From a virus (lineage: Duplodnaviria > Heunggongvirae > Uroviricota > Caudoviricetes): a stretch of DNA of 64,000 bases. This document shows positions 10,536 to 19,641 of the stretch, piece by piece. Position numbers and translations under genes: made by a program. A model generated the notes under the pieces. It was not told the DNA's origin. It searched no databases and saw nothing but the letters and a program-made list of their open reading frames with translations. The first letter of the stretch is position 1, and each line of letters begins with the position of its first letter. Location: IMG/VR virus record IMGVR_UViG_3300026382_000001, one strand, 5' to 3'.

Positions 10536-10967
10536 TTATTCAAAATTAATAGTTAAATCTTTTTTCTTTAATTCTTCAATCTCTTTTTCTAATTTTTTTA
10601 TATTAACATTAAGTATTTTTTTATCTTCTTTTAATTCACTTATATGATTTTGAAAAGTTTCCCGTTCTATTATACATACCGAATAACTAGTTAAAAATTC
10701 ATGATTTTTACTAAATAAGGATTTATTAATATTTATATTATTTATTACTTTAAATACTTCCTCTAATGATAATTTTATATTACATGTCTCTACTTTACCA
10801 TTTATATTTTTATTATTAAAAAATTTTAATAAATCTGTATTATTTTTAACGCCATCTAAATTTTCAATTATTAATTTTTCAATTGCTATTGTATAATCTG
10901 ATATTGATTCGTCCTCACATATATCTAATAATCTATCTATTTCTTCTTGACTTAATATATCTGCCAT
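10536..10967 (-). CDS. protein with FliM N-terminal (CheY-P binding) peptide mimic
   Basis: Starts MADILSQEEIDRLL (FliM-N consensus LSQxEIDxLL); remainder unrelated to FliM; ends KKKDLTINFE. Confidence 0.7.
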   Translation of the reverse strand: MADILSQEEIDRLLDICEDESISDYTIAIEKLIIENLDGVKNNTDLLKFFNNKNINGKVETCNIKLSLEEVFKVINNININKSLFSKNHEFLTSYSVCIIERETFQNHISELKEDKKILNVNIKKLEKEIEELKKKDLTINFE

Positions 10968-10978
10968 TTTATTTCCTA

Positions 10979-11512
10979 TTAATGCAATTCTTTTTCTAAT
11001 TCTATTGGTTTAAAATTAGTACCAGTAAAATAGGTAATGTTTTCCGGGGTTGGGTCTAATCTATATCCGCGAGTATAACGAAATTGATTCATAATACCAT
11101 GTGCAATTTGCTTATAAAATTTTCCAGGATAAATATCTAAATTCGAATTACCTATAATTAGAATAGTTAAATATTCTTTATATCCAGGCACTAAAGATTT
11201 ATACATAAATGGTCTCGTATTAATTATATATGGTTTATTATCTACAATATCGATTACATAATGCCAAGGTAAAAATAAATCCCTTTTTGAACCACCATAC
11301 ATTTCATGAAAATAATCCGACAATTTACTTGTATTAAAGGCCATCGTATCTACTTGGAATAATTCCATTTTCCAAAAAGGATTATTCCAAGTATCCATTA
11401 TTACCCAACCTTTTGGATGAGTAATGTTCATATTGTTATGTTTAAAAGAATTCTCTACATAATTTTCGTAATGGTAATTCTTCAAACCTTGATTAATTTC
11501 TTCTCTCGTCAT
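10979..11512 (-). CDS. degenerate N-acetylmuramoyl-L-alanine amidase-like protein
   Basis: PWHYVID segment and size resemble Amidase_2; the Zn-binding HH is not evident. Confidence 0.4.
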   Translation of the reverse strand: MTREEINQGLKNYHYENYVENSFKHNNMNITHPKGWVIMDTWNNPFWKMELFQVDTMAFNTSKLSDYFHEMYGGSKRDLFLPWHYVIDIVDNKPYIINTRPFMYKSLVPGYKEYLTILIIGNSNLDIYPGKFYKQIAHGIMNQFRYTRGYRLDPTPENITYFTGTNFKPIELEKELH

Positions 11513-11523
11513 TTATTTTCCTT

Positions 11524-12657
11524 TTAATTATGTTGTGCATTTAAAACTTCTCTAAGAATTATTAAATCGGTTGTTAACCCTATATTATAAAAAGCCGATT
11601 GAACCGCCGATCCAAATACAGTTGCTTGATTAGTTCTCTTATCATTAATATACTTTTGAGCCTCTATAGCTATTGGGACCGATATGGCCATTGCCCAAAT
11701 AGTTCTTGCTTGTAAAGAAGCTTTAGATGTTTCGGTATCTGTATCTTGTCCAACCGGTGGGGTCATACTTTTAAAAGTACTTTTACTTTCTTTTTCCAAT
11801 AAGTCGGTATCTGCTGGATCAGCATAAAAAACTATATTTAAAGCCCCAAGAACTTTTACTGCGATATAAATTTCGTCCATAAAACCTTCCATAGCATCTA
11901 ATAAAGTATTTAAATCCCTTAATCCCACTTCAAGTTTAGTTTTATACTTATTTATGGCATTAATAAAAGGTTCCGCATCTGCCTCATAATTAAGTTGACC
12001 TACATCCGGAACAGTATAATTATTATAATAAGCGTATGAAAGATTGGTTTTGGTATTACAATCTAAATTTGTGGCATCTTGATAATTATTATAATTAGCA
12101 TATATTTGATAATTATCAAATTGTTTTATAAAATCATTGTAAATGCTATCAAAGTACGCCATGATATTTCCATATTTAATAGCTTCCTGAATTTCTTGGA
12201 CTTGTCTAAACATTTCCATAAAATCACATTCAAATTTAGATACTTGTTTGGCCATACTATAATTTTGTAAAAAGTTCCCAACCCCTTTATCTAAGGTTGC
12301 TATTAATTTAGCAAAAACTCCATCTACTTTACCAATGGTTGGATCATATACGCCACGAGGATTTTCCTCTCCATTTAAACAATCGGTACATCTTAAAATT
12401 TTTTCGGTTAATTTTTCTACTAATGGTCCAAGAGGTTCCTCATTAAAATCTCTTTTAATAATATCCCAAAAGGTTTCGCTATAATCACAATCAGTATTTT
12501 CTATATAATCTAGAGCATCTATTCTTCCTAACATATAATTATCTATATTTTTTAAAAATTCGGTATATTTTTTAAAATGTAAGATAACGATCCAGTCAGT
12601 ATTTTGATTAAAATATAATCTGTCGTCTTTATAATCTGGGCTCATGAAGTTTATCAT
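11524..12657 (-). CDS. hypothetical baseplate-region protein
   Basis: 377 aa ORF directly downstream of PAAR; CxxC motif. Confidence 0.65.
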   Translation of the reverse strand: MINFMSPDYKDDRLYFNQNTDWIVILHFKKYTEFLKNIDNYMLGRIDALDYIENTDCDYSETFWDIIKRDFNEEPLGPLVEKLTEKILRCTDCLNGEENPRGVYDPTIGKVDGVFAKLIATLDKGVGNFLQNYSMAKQVSKFECDFMEMFRQVQEIQEAIKYGNIMAYFDSIYNDFIKQFDNYQIYANYNNYQDATNLDCNTKTNLSYAYYNNYTVPDVGQLNYEADAEPFINAINKYKTKLEVGLRDLNTLLDAMEGFMDEIYIAVKVLGALNIVFYADPADTDLLEKESKSTFKSMTPPVGQDTDTETSKASLQARTIWAMAISVPIAIEAQKYINDKRTNQATVFGSAVQSAFYNIGLTTDLIILREVLNAQHN

Positions 12658-12699
12658 TAATTTTTCCTTAAAATTTTATGTATTGTGTTATCGTAACTA

Positions 12700-13008
12700 T
12701 TACATGCTCATATTCATCGGATCGCCTGATACAATCATCGCTTGTACTATTGGACCAACTACTGTAGCACCTAATGTACTCGTTGGCATACCACTATTTA
12801 AATCCATTGGTACTCCAGTCATAATCATGGCTGAACCACATGGAAATATAACAGTATCCCCCATCCGAGCGGTTGGCATACCAGTATTAAGGCTCATTGG
12901 ATCGCCGGATACAACTATTCCAGTGGCTGGTTGAGGACCTGGTCCAGCTGGTGGAGGAGGCCAAAAACAAGTACCAAAAGCAGTATCTCCAATTCGGGTA
13001 ACTACCAT
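12700..13008 (-). CDS. PAAR-repeat spike tip protein (T4 gp5.4-like)
   Basis: 102 aa; TRIGD, GMPTARMGD and GMPTSTLGA repeats; Cys residues. Confidence 0.85.
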   Translation of the reverse strand: MVVTRIGDTAFGTCFWPPPPAGPGPQPATGIVVSGDPMSLNTGMPTARMGDTVIFPCGSAMIMTGVPMDLNSGMPTSTLGATVVGPIVQAMIVSGDPMNMSM

Positions 13009-13028
13009 ATTATTTCCTTTATATCTAG

Positions 13029-13439
13029 TTATATATCTAGTAATATAACTAATTTATTTTCTATTTCCGATATTTTTATTAAATTTTTAAAAAATTTATT
13101 TTTCGGTTTTGGAATTTTTATTTTATTATCTGAAATTTCAAATACTCTATATATTTTATGTATTGGTATTAAAATTTTTCCATATTTTTTAGTTTTAATT
13201 AACATAAGAATTTTTGCATGTTCTATTTCTATATTTTTAGAAGTCAGTCCAATTAATTTATTTAAATTAAAAACTGGAAAAATCGTATTCCGAATAATAC
13301 CAAAACCATAACTCGGAGAATTTAATTCACCCGTTTTTGTAATTTTTATATCCTGAGTTCTCATAAATTCTATTATATTTTCCGCTGGAAAAGCAAATAT
13401 TTCATCCGAATTTGGTAATTCAAAAACTGCTATTTTCAT
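13029..13439 (-). CDS. cheW: CheW-like chemotaxis coupling protein
   Basis: 136 aa; VFEL..EIFAFP..NIIE..ITK..GIIRNTIFPVFNLNKLIG..IHKIYRV..LVILLDI matches the CheW pattern. Confidence 0.7.
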   Translation of the reverse strand: MKIAVFELPNSDEIFAFPAENIIEFMRTQDIKITKTGELNSPSYGFGIIRNTIFPVFNLNKLIGLTSKNIEIEHAKILMLIKTKKYGKILIPIHKIYRVFEISDNKIKIPKPKNKFFKNLIKISEIENKLVILLDI

Positions 13440-13447
13440 ATTAATCC

Positions 13448-15586
13448 TTAATATTGAAATAATATTCCTCGGTCATTGTAAATTCCACCAACATTTTTAT
13501 AATAATTAAGAACTGGATAAAAAGATTCAAAAATTCCATTTATAATAATATCCTCTTGATATGTATCATAAAGAACTATTGGACCACATAGAGTATCGAA
13601 AGGTTTTATATATCCTTTTTTACTGAATGAATACTCCGCGTAAAAACTATTTAATTGAAATCTTTTATTTATTGCGTCTAAATTAGTCTCATCTAAATTC
13701 ATAACTTCGTTAATTTTTCTAGTACTACTTGTACTTAAAAATTCATATTCCGAAGCGGCCGATAAATTTTTATAATGTATTGTTGTATCAAACGTCTGTT
13801 TATTAAAATCATATCTTAATGTTAATTGATACCAGTTACCTGGAACAAAGTTTACAAAAATTTCAGAATGATAACCATGAAAATCAATATTTAAAGTCAT
13901 ATCTCTTTCATTATAATATATACAATTATTATTAATTGGATCGGATATTAAAACCTGTCTTGAAACATCATAATATGAATTTCTAAAACTTGTATTCATA
14001 AAAGCATTTCTTTTAAAGAAAAGAATTAAAGTAAAACTTTCATTAGTGAATTTATTCTTACAAAACATATCGTCTATTATAACATGGTTCGGAAAAGTAT
14101 AATTACCTGATTTTCTAGTTTCTAAATACCAATCTTTTCCTCTCATTGATAACGGTTTACCTAATGATTTATAAGGATAAACTTTATTATAAACGATTCT
14201 AGTTTCTTCTTTGGATTTATTAAAAAAATCATAATATGCTAAAGCTCCATATAAATCTGGAAAATAGTTTTGACCAAAGGTTATATTATTAATATCTATT
14301 CGATCTTCTTGTAGATGAACATCGTATATCTTACCACAGAATTGTTTTAACCCACTTTTATCCATACCTAAATAATATAATCCCGTTTCAGTCGTACTGG
14401 ATTCTTCATCTGTATAAGTATCGGTTCCATAAAATCTTTTTAATTCTAAAGTATGGTAATTATAATTTCTAGTATAAACCATAGTATAAATAACTTCTGG
14501 AAGTATTTTAGCATCTGGAATATCAGTAATATTAATTTCAAGTTTCTTTTTCATTGAATCTGAAATAGTTCCATCTAAATTTGAATCGACAGCTGAGCCT
14601 AAATATTGCGTAGTATTATCTACTATACTTTGACCATCAATGTATTTATCAAAATTTAGTACTTCTAATTGACCATTATTAATTTGAATAATTAAATTTC
14701 TATCTAAATTTATTTGAAGCAATGGTATTCCATAAGTTGGTAAAGAATTTTTTAATAAATCAGTTACGTGATTATTTAATGCTTCTGTGGAAGCATCTGC
14801 TACATTTACTCCAGTTTTTTCTTCGATAATATTTAATTGATTTTGAACCACTTTAGATATACCATCTTGAATTAAATTAGTATTATATTCTTCCATAGTG
14901 CTTGCACCAAGTTTTAATTTCTTCGTTTCCGTTTGAACTATATTTTTAAGTTCCGAATTATCTGGTAAATTACATAATGGTTCAGAAATAGTTGGTTCTA
15001 TATTATTTCCTGGATTAATTTTAGGTAATGCATTTAAAAAAGTTGCCTTTAAAGTTTCCTCTATTCCAGTCGCAGATTTACATATTTTAGTATTATCAGA
15101 TAAATCCATTGTAACAGTTTCTATAATTTCAGCATCCATATTTTCTATATTAATTGTTGTAGTATTTGCTTCCGAAAGAGCTTCTTTATCTTCTTCTGAA
15201 AGTTCTGGACAATCAGGTAAAGTACTTGGATCGTCTATACCATTATTTATCATATCTAAAGCATCGTTTATATCTGATTCAGCTGTATCTAAACTTTCTT
15301 TAGATACGACTCTTTGAATTGAATCTAAAAGAACTAAATCACTTAATGTTCCATCGTAACCATAATTATTTAATAACATTGATCCAAGATTATTTAAATC
15401 TAAAGTTTTATTATTTATAATTAAACCATCATCTTCATAATACGCCTGATTTGAAACTTCAAATGTAATACTTATACTAAATTTACTTTTATTTTTAAAA
15501 GTTTTAAATTGAGCTCCAAGGCCATTATAATCCATAATATTATTTACAGTTGGTGCTAATTCAAATATATTTTCTGGTACTAACAT
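13448..15586 (-). CDS. virion protein with C-terminal LamG/concanavalin-like domain
   Basis: SFTLILFFKR..GNWYQLTLRYD..GPIVLYD LamG-like pattern; first gene after a late-type promoter. Confidence 0.55.
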   Translation of the reverse strand: MLVPENIFELAPTVNNIMDYNGLGAQFKTFKNKSKFSISITFEVSNQAYYEDDGLIINNKTLDLNNLGSMLLNNYGYDGTLSDLVLLDSIQRVVSKESLDTAESDINDALDMINNGIDDPSTLPDCPELSEEDKEALSEANTTTINIENMDAEIIETVTMDLSDNTKICKSATGIEETLKATFLNALPKINPGNNIEPTISEPLCNLPDNSELKNIVQTETKKLKLGASTMEEYNTNLIQDGISKVVQNQLNIIEEKTGVNVADASTEALNNHVTDLLKNSLPTYGIPLLQINLDRNLIIQINNGQLEVLNFDKYIDGQSIVDNTTQYLGSAVDSNLDGTISDSMKKKLEINITDIPDAKILPEVIYTMVYTRNYNYHTLELKRFYGTDTYTDEESSTTETGLYYLGMDKSGLKQFCGKIYDVHLQEDRIDINNITFGQNYFPDLYGALAYYDFFNKSKEETRIVYNKVYPYKSLGKPLSMRGKDWYLETRKSGNYTFPNHVIIDDMFCKNKFTNESFTLILFFKRNAFMNTSFRNSYYDVSRQVLISDPINNNCIYYNERDMTLNIDFHGYHSEIFVNFVPGNWYQLTLRYDFNKQTFDTTIHYKNLSAASEYEFLSTSSTRKINEVMNLDETNLDAINKRFQLNSFYAEYSFSKKGYIKPFDTLCGPIVLYDTYQEDIIINGIFESFYPVLNYYKNVGGIYNDRGILFQY

Positions 15587-15608
15587 TTAATTTCCTTTAA
15601 TTTATTAT

Positions 15609-15617
15609 TATTTAGTT
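15609..15617 (-). promoter_or_regulatory. late-type promoter AACTAAATA
   Basis: Exact motif just upstream of 13448-15586; resembles T4-type late TATAAATA/CTAAATA. Confidence 0.6.
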
Positions 15618-15656
15618 CTTTAATATAGAAATAGACTTTGAAAATATTTAAGTTTT

Positions 15657-15756
15657 TATCTATAGTTAACTATCTGTACACTCACTACAGATAGTTAACT
15701 ATTGATACCATCAACTAAAGAGACAAATGTATATAGATAACTATAGTTATCCTGTT
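15657..15756. repeat. palindromic intergenic repeat cluster C
   Basis: ATAGTTAACTAT x2; 15706-15745 is 38/40 identical to the reverse complement of 36334-36373. Confidence 0.9.
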
Positions 15757-15770
15757 TTAAAATATTTTTT

Positions 15771-15815
15771 AACGACAAGAATATACCTTAATAGAGAAAT
15801 TCTCTATTAAGGTAT
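15771..15815 (-). terminator. intrinsic terminator with TTCTTGTCG tail
   Basis: 15-bp stem, after 15822-16442. Confidence 0.8.
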
Positions 15816-15821
15816 TAAATA

Positions 15822-16442
15822 TTAATTCCAAGATATTAATTCTACATCTTCCTTATTAACACATACTTCTACATCTTTCAATAATTTTTGATATTTTCCC
15901 AAAGCACTGGATTCCATAATTTTATAATCCGAAGCTTTTTCTAAAATTTTAGTTATTAATTCATCCTTGGTTTCGTCAAGATCTCTTGATACTAATAAAT
16001 TATCAATAAATGGAGTTTTTACATTATTATCTATTATATAATTATTTGCTTCGGTTTCTTGATAAATCCAAGATTCTCTTTCGTTAACCGGATAAATAAT
16101 TCTCGAATTTTCGTAATCCATTCTAAGTTCGATTATTTTATTTTCTTTAATTTGATTTAATGTTAAATTTCCTTCTTGACCTTCAGGTTGAACCCAATTA
16201 AAAGTAAGATCATGTAGGTAAGATAATTGTTCATCGGTGAGTGGTCTAGTTTCGTTATTAACGTTAGTGAAAAATTTAGTATTTAAATCACTGTCGTCAT
16301 ATTCTAAATATATATAATCTTCCGATATATCTGGAGGAGTATTTTTTCCATACACTCCATTTGGATATAAATCATTTTCTATGTAAATATTATTTACCTC
16401 ATCGTTTAAATATTCACCATAATTCCATACTATTAATTTCAT
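15822..16442 (-). CDS. tail fibre assembly chaperone-like protein
   Basis: ERESWIYQETEA..TPFIDNLL..LITKILEKA pattern typical of fibre chaperones; follows a fibre gene. Confidence 0.65.
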   Translation of the reverse strand: MKLIVWNYGEYLNDEVNNIYIENDLYPNGVYGKNTPPDISEDYIYLEYDDSDLNTKFFTNVNNETRPLTDEQLSYLHDLTFNWVQPEGQEGNLTLNQIKENKIIELRMDYENSRIIYPVNERESWIYQETEANNYIIDNNVKTPFIDNLLVSRDLDETKDELITKILEKASDYKIMESSALGKYQKLLKDVEVCVNKEDVELISWN

Positions 16443-16452
16443 TTAATTTCCT

Positions 16453-17151
16453 TTAAAATATTATTTTTACTAATCCGTTACCACCACGGCCGGTACTCAC
16501 ATTAGTATAAGCATAAGCGTAAAAACCTATACCTCCACCACCACTACCATAACCACCATTACTACCAAAACCATAACAAGCTCCACCATTACCACCATTA
16601 CTATATCCAGAAGATATACCACCATATCCATAATGGTAGGAATATTTTGCTCTAATGCCGTCTTTACTACTAGTATAACAACCATTTCTAGAACCACCAT
16701 TACCATAACCACCAGAACCAGAACCACCACTAGCGCTGTATCCACCGGCAGAAGTTGTTCCACCGGCTCCACCATTTGACCAAGTATTGGAAATAGAGTT
16801 ACCACCAGCACCAATAGAAATAACTAAAGATTGACCATCACTATAATTAATGGTCTTTGTAACTATTGTACCTGCGGTACCACCAGTAGCGGTAGTTTGT
16901 TGACCCGAACCACCACCACCTGCTCCAAGTAAACATATGGTTACATCGGTATTAGCTGGAAAATCTTTTCCAGCTATTAAAGTTTTAGAAGTTGTTACTA
17001 TGATAGGAGAAGTAAATGCTGATGGAGGAGGTGGTATATATATTTCCCAAACCTTTATTTTATTAGCATATAGTTTATTCATTTCTTTACCATTAGCTAT
17101 TAATTTTCCACCGTTTTCTGGTATAGTTATACCAAATATTTCTAAACCCAT
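16453..17151 (-). CDS. glycine-rich tail fibre/receptor-binding protein
   Basis: LLGAGGGGSG..ISIGAGG..GSGGGG..GRGGNGLVKI glycine-rich domain. Confidence 0.7.
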   Translation of the reverse strand: MGLEIFGITIPENGGKLIANGKEMNKLYANKIKVWEIYIPPPPSAFTSPIIVTTSKTLIAGKDFPANTDVTICLLGAGGGGSGQQTTATGGTAGTIVTKTINYSDGQSLVISIGAGGNSISNTWSNGGAGGTTSAGGYSASGGSGSGGYGNGGSRNGCYTSSKDGIRAKYSYHYGYGGISSGYSNGGNGGACYGFGSNGGYGSGGGGIGFYAYAYTNVSTGRGGNGLVKIIF

Positions 17152-17184
17152 AATAATCCTTTATATTAATAATAGGTGAACCCT

Positions 17185-17460
17185 TTACGCGTCTGTACCG
17201 TCATTAGTTAAATAAACTGTACCCGTATCTTCATCCACCCTCATTTTAACGACCCCACCGACAGTACTTGTAGCCCAAGTAGTTTTAGTAGCTAAGTCAT
17301 CTATACCTACTCCACTAACAGTCGCCGCATCTATACCAGAATTGGGACCATCTATTTTTAGAATTTCTTCTAATAGATTTTCAGTACTTAATTTAGTATT
17401 TCTTAAATCCTTTATATCTGCTCCAACCATCTGTCCAATAGTACTTAATGTATCTGCCAT
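17185..17460 (-). CDS. small fibre adaptor protein (MADTLSTIG N-terminus)
   Basis: N-terminus almost identical to 19642-21009; GPNSGIDAATVSG fibre motif. Confidence 0.65.
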   Translation of the reverse strand: MADTLSTIGQMVGADIKDLRNTKLSTENLLEEILKIDGPNSGIDAATVSGVGIDDLATKTTWATSTVGGVVKMRVDEDTGTVYLTNDGTDA

Positions 17461-17491
17461 AATTTTTTCCTTTATAAATCAATTTTATTAT

Positions 17492-17500
17492 TATTTAGTT
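17492..17500 (-). promoter_or_regulatory. late-type promoter AACTAAATA
   Basis: Upstream of 17185-17460; flanks nearly identical to the 15609 site. Confidence 0.6.
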
Positions 17501-17547
17501 CTTTATATAAAAATAGACAATTATTGAGGAGAGTATTGCTCCAATCA

Positions 17548-19632
17548 TTAAATTATACCATTTCGAATATCTTTTATAAGTTTTGGATATTTATAATAAA
17601 ATTTAGATTTTGTTTTATTATTAATACTTAACATTGTCATATATTTTTCATTATTATTATTAATAGTGTTATTACTACCATTTGAGAAAATACTTGAAAA
17701 TTTAATATTCGCTAATACATTATTATCTCTAATAATATCGTTTGTTAATATCGATAATTTTCTATAATCTGAAATTTGTAAAGGTATATTTATATACAAA
17801 GTTCTTTGATATACAATTGGACTAATAATCATAGTCTTTAAAGTATCTCCATCTTTCATTAATATTTTGCTATCGTACCCGCTATAATAAGTAATATTTG
17901 TATCTGTTCCATCATATGTAAATTCTCCTATTACTGTATTATTATGTTGTATATATCCAAAAATATTTTCAGTTAATGATTGAGAATAATCGATTAACAT
18001 ATCTATTATAAAAGGATTTGATTTTAATTCAAAAGTACTTGGATAATCTGTTCCAATTGGATCGTAGTAATGTATAATTTCTGGAACATTTATACCATAA
18101 GTATAACTTCTGTTAATTATAGAACCATTTTTTAATTCCACCATTATATTAATAGTGTTGTATCCTGTTGTTACCGTTTCTCCTGGAAAATTACTTGGGG
18201 TAAAAGAAGGAGTTTCTGTAATATTAATTTTAGATTCGCTTCTACCAGCGTAAATATCTTCCGAATCGGTAAGATTATTATATAATGGATGATCTCCGTA
18301 ATTGGTTCTTAAGAATCCCACATTAACGGAAGTTCTATCATAATTACCAGTAAAGTAAGCTCCAAAATTAGTAATTAATTTATTAGCTGTACAAAAGAAA
18401 GCCCCCGATTTATATGGAAAATCACTTGCCTCGGTAGAGCTAGTATAATTACCACCATGATCGGTTATAATAAATATTCCATTACCAGCTTCTCTAAATA
18501 AAAGAAGATTTGTAACAGCATTATCAGTAATTCTAGGAGTGGTTAAATATTTTGAACTCATAAATAAAACACCACAATAATCATTTAGCTCAGTTAAAGA
18601 AGGATTTAATAAACCATCGCTATAACTAGAACTCGTTTTATAAGTTAAAGTATATCCCATAATTTTAGCAACCCCAGCGAAACTAGTTCTAAAATCACTT
18701 GTTCCAGTTTCATTAATATTATAACTTTCCCCAGTGTTTGCATCACCAAGTACCAAAATATTTTTATTGCCTTGTGATACTTTATCGGTATTTGATATAA
18801 AATCCATAGCATTTGCTAAGTACCTAAAGGAAGCGTTTAAATCGGAAAAAACTTTCCAAGAGGTATTATATCGATTATTATAAAATTTTGGGAAACCTCC
18901 ATCAAACAATACATTTCCTTTACCATCTTGAACGGTTGCTATAAAAGGATTAGCTGGACTTAAATTATCGTAAGCGATGTATTTAGCTAAAGTTGGTGTT
19001 TCATTAACAGCTGATAAAACATTAATTACATCAGTAGAAAAATCAAAATATACATCTTGTTTCGTTGGGTAAATACCAGGAGGAACCGTAGGATTTAAAT
19101 AATCATTAATTGTTACTATTTTGGTAGTACTTTTAATACTATACGGAAGTGTTCCAATATTTATATATTTCTTACTATAATCACTTGAAATTATTTTAAT
19201 TTTGTCTATGTTGGTTTTAGATGTTATTTTAATACTTAAATTTTTAAAATCATTGATATTATCCATAACTAACCCATCGGTACAACAAGTATCCCATCTA
19301 AAGGTTCCTGTACAAACTCCAGTACTTGAATTAAAACTTGCTTCACCTTGATCATCCTGTACTACTAAAGAGGAATTCTTTGGTAAACCACTGATAGTAA
19401 AAGTAATATCTCCAGTCGTATTATCTTTGTATTGACTAGCAATTGCATGAATAGAAATTTTACCAGTACTTAAATCTTTATAAAAATATAAAGTAAGGCA
19501 TCTGGTTTCCTGCCACACTGGAGCGGCAGATGCTTCAAAAGTGGTATTATAACCATAATATGTTTTTGCATCTACTGTTCCGGTAAAGGATAAGGCTTCT
19601 TTGCCGTCTATATAATATTTTTGTATTTCCAT
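17548..19632 (-). CDS. virion structural/fibre-associated protein
   Basis: 694 aa beta-rich ORF (DGGFPKFYN motif) within the fibre cluster. Confidence 0.55.
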   Translation of the reverse strand: MEIQKYYIDGKEALSFTGTVDAKTYYGYNTTFEASAAPVWQETRCLTLYFYKDLSTGKISIHAIASQYKDNTTGDITFTISGLPKNSSLVVQDDQGEASFNSSTGVCTGTFRWDTCCTDGLVMDNINDFKNLSIKITSKTNIDKIKIISSDYSKKYINIGTLPYSIKSTTKIVTINDYLNPTVPPGIYPTKQDVYFDFSTDVINVLSAVNETPTLAKYIAYDNLSPANPFIATVQDGKGNVLFDGGFPKFYNNRYNTSWKVFSDLNASFRYLANAMDFISNTDKVSQGNKNILVLGDANTGESYNINETGTSDFRTSFAGVAKIMGYTLTYKTSSSYSDGLLNPSLTELNDYCGVLFMSSKYLTTPRITDNAVTNLLLFREAGNGIFIITDHGGNYTSSTEASDFPYKSGAFFCTANKLITNFGAYFTGNYDRTSVNVGFLRTNYGDHPLYNNLTDSEDIYAGRSESKINITETPSFTPSNFPGETVTTGYNTINIMVELKNGSIINRSYTYGINVPEIIHYYDPIGTDYPSTFELKSNPFIIDMLIDYSQSLTENIFGYIQHNNTVIGEFTYDGTDTNITYYSGYDSKILMKDGDTLKTMIISPIVYQRTLYINIPLQISDYRKLSILTNDIIRDNNVLANIKFSSIFSNGSNNTINNNNEKYMTMLSINNKTKSKFYYKYPKLIKDIRNGII

Positions 19633-19641
19633 AAGGATCCT

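Noticed and set aside
16527-16814. Val-rich alternative-frame ORF
   Set aside because: Shadow of Gly codons in 16453-17151
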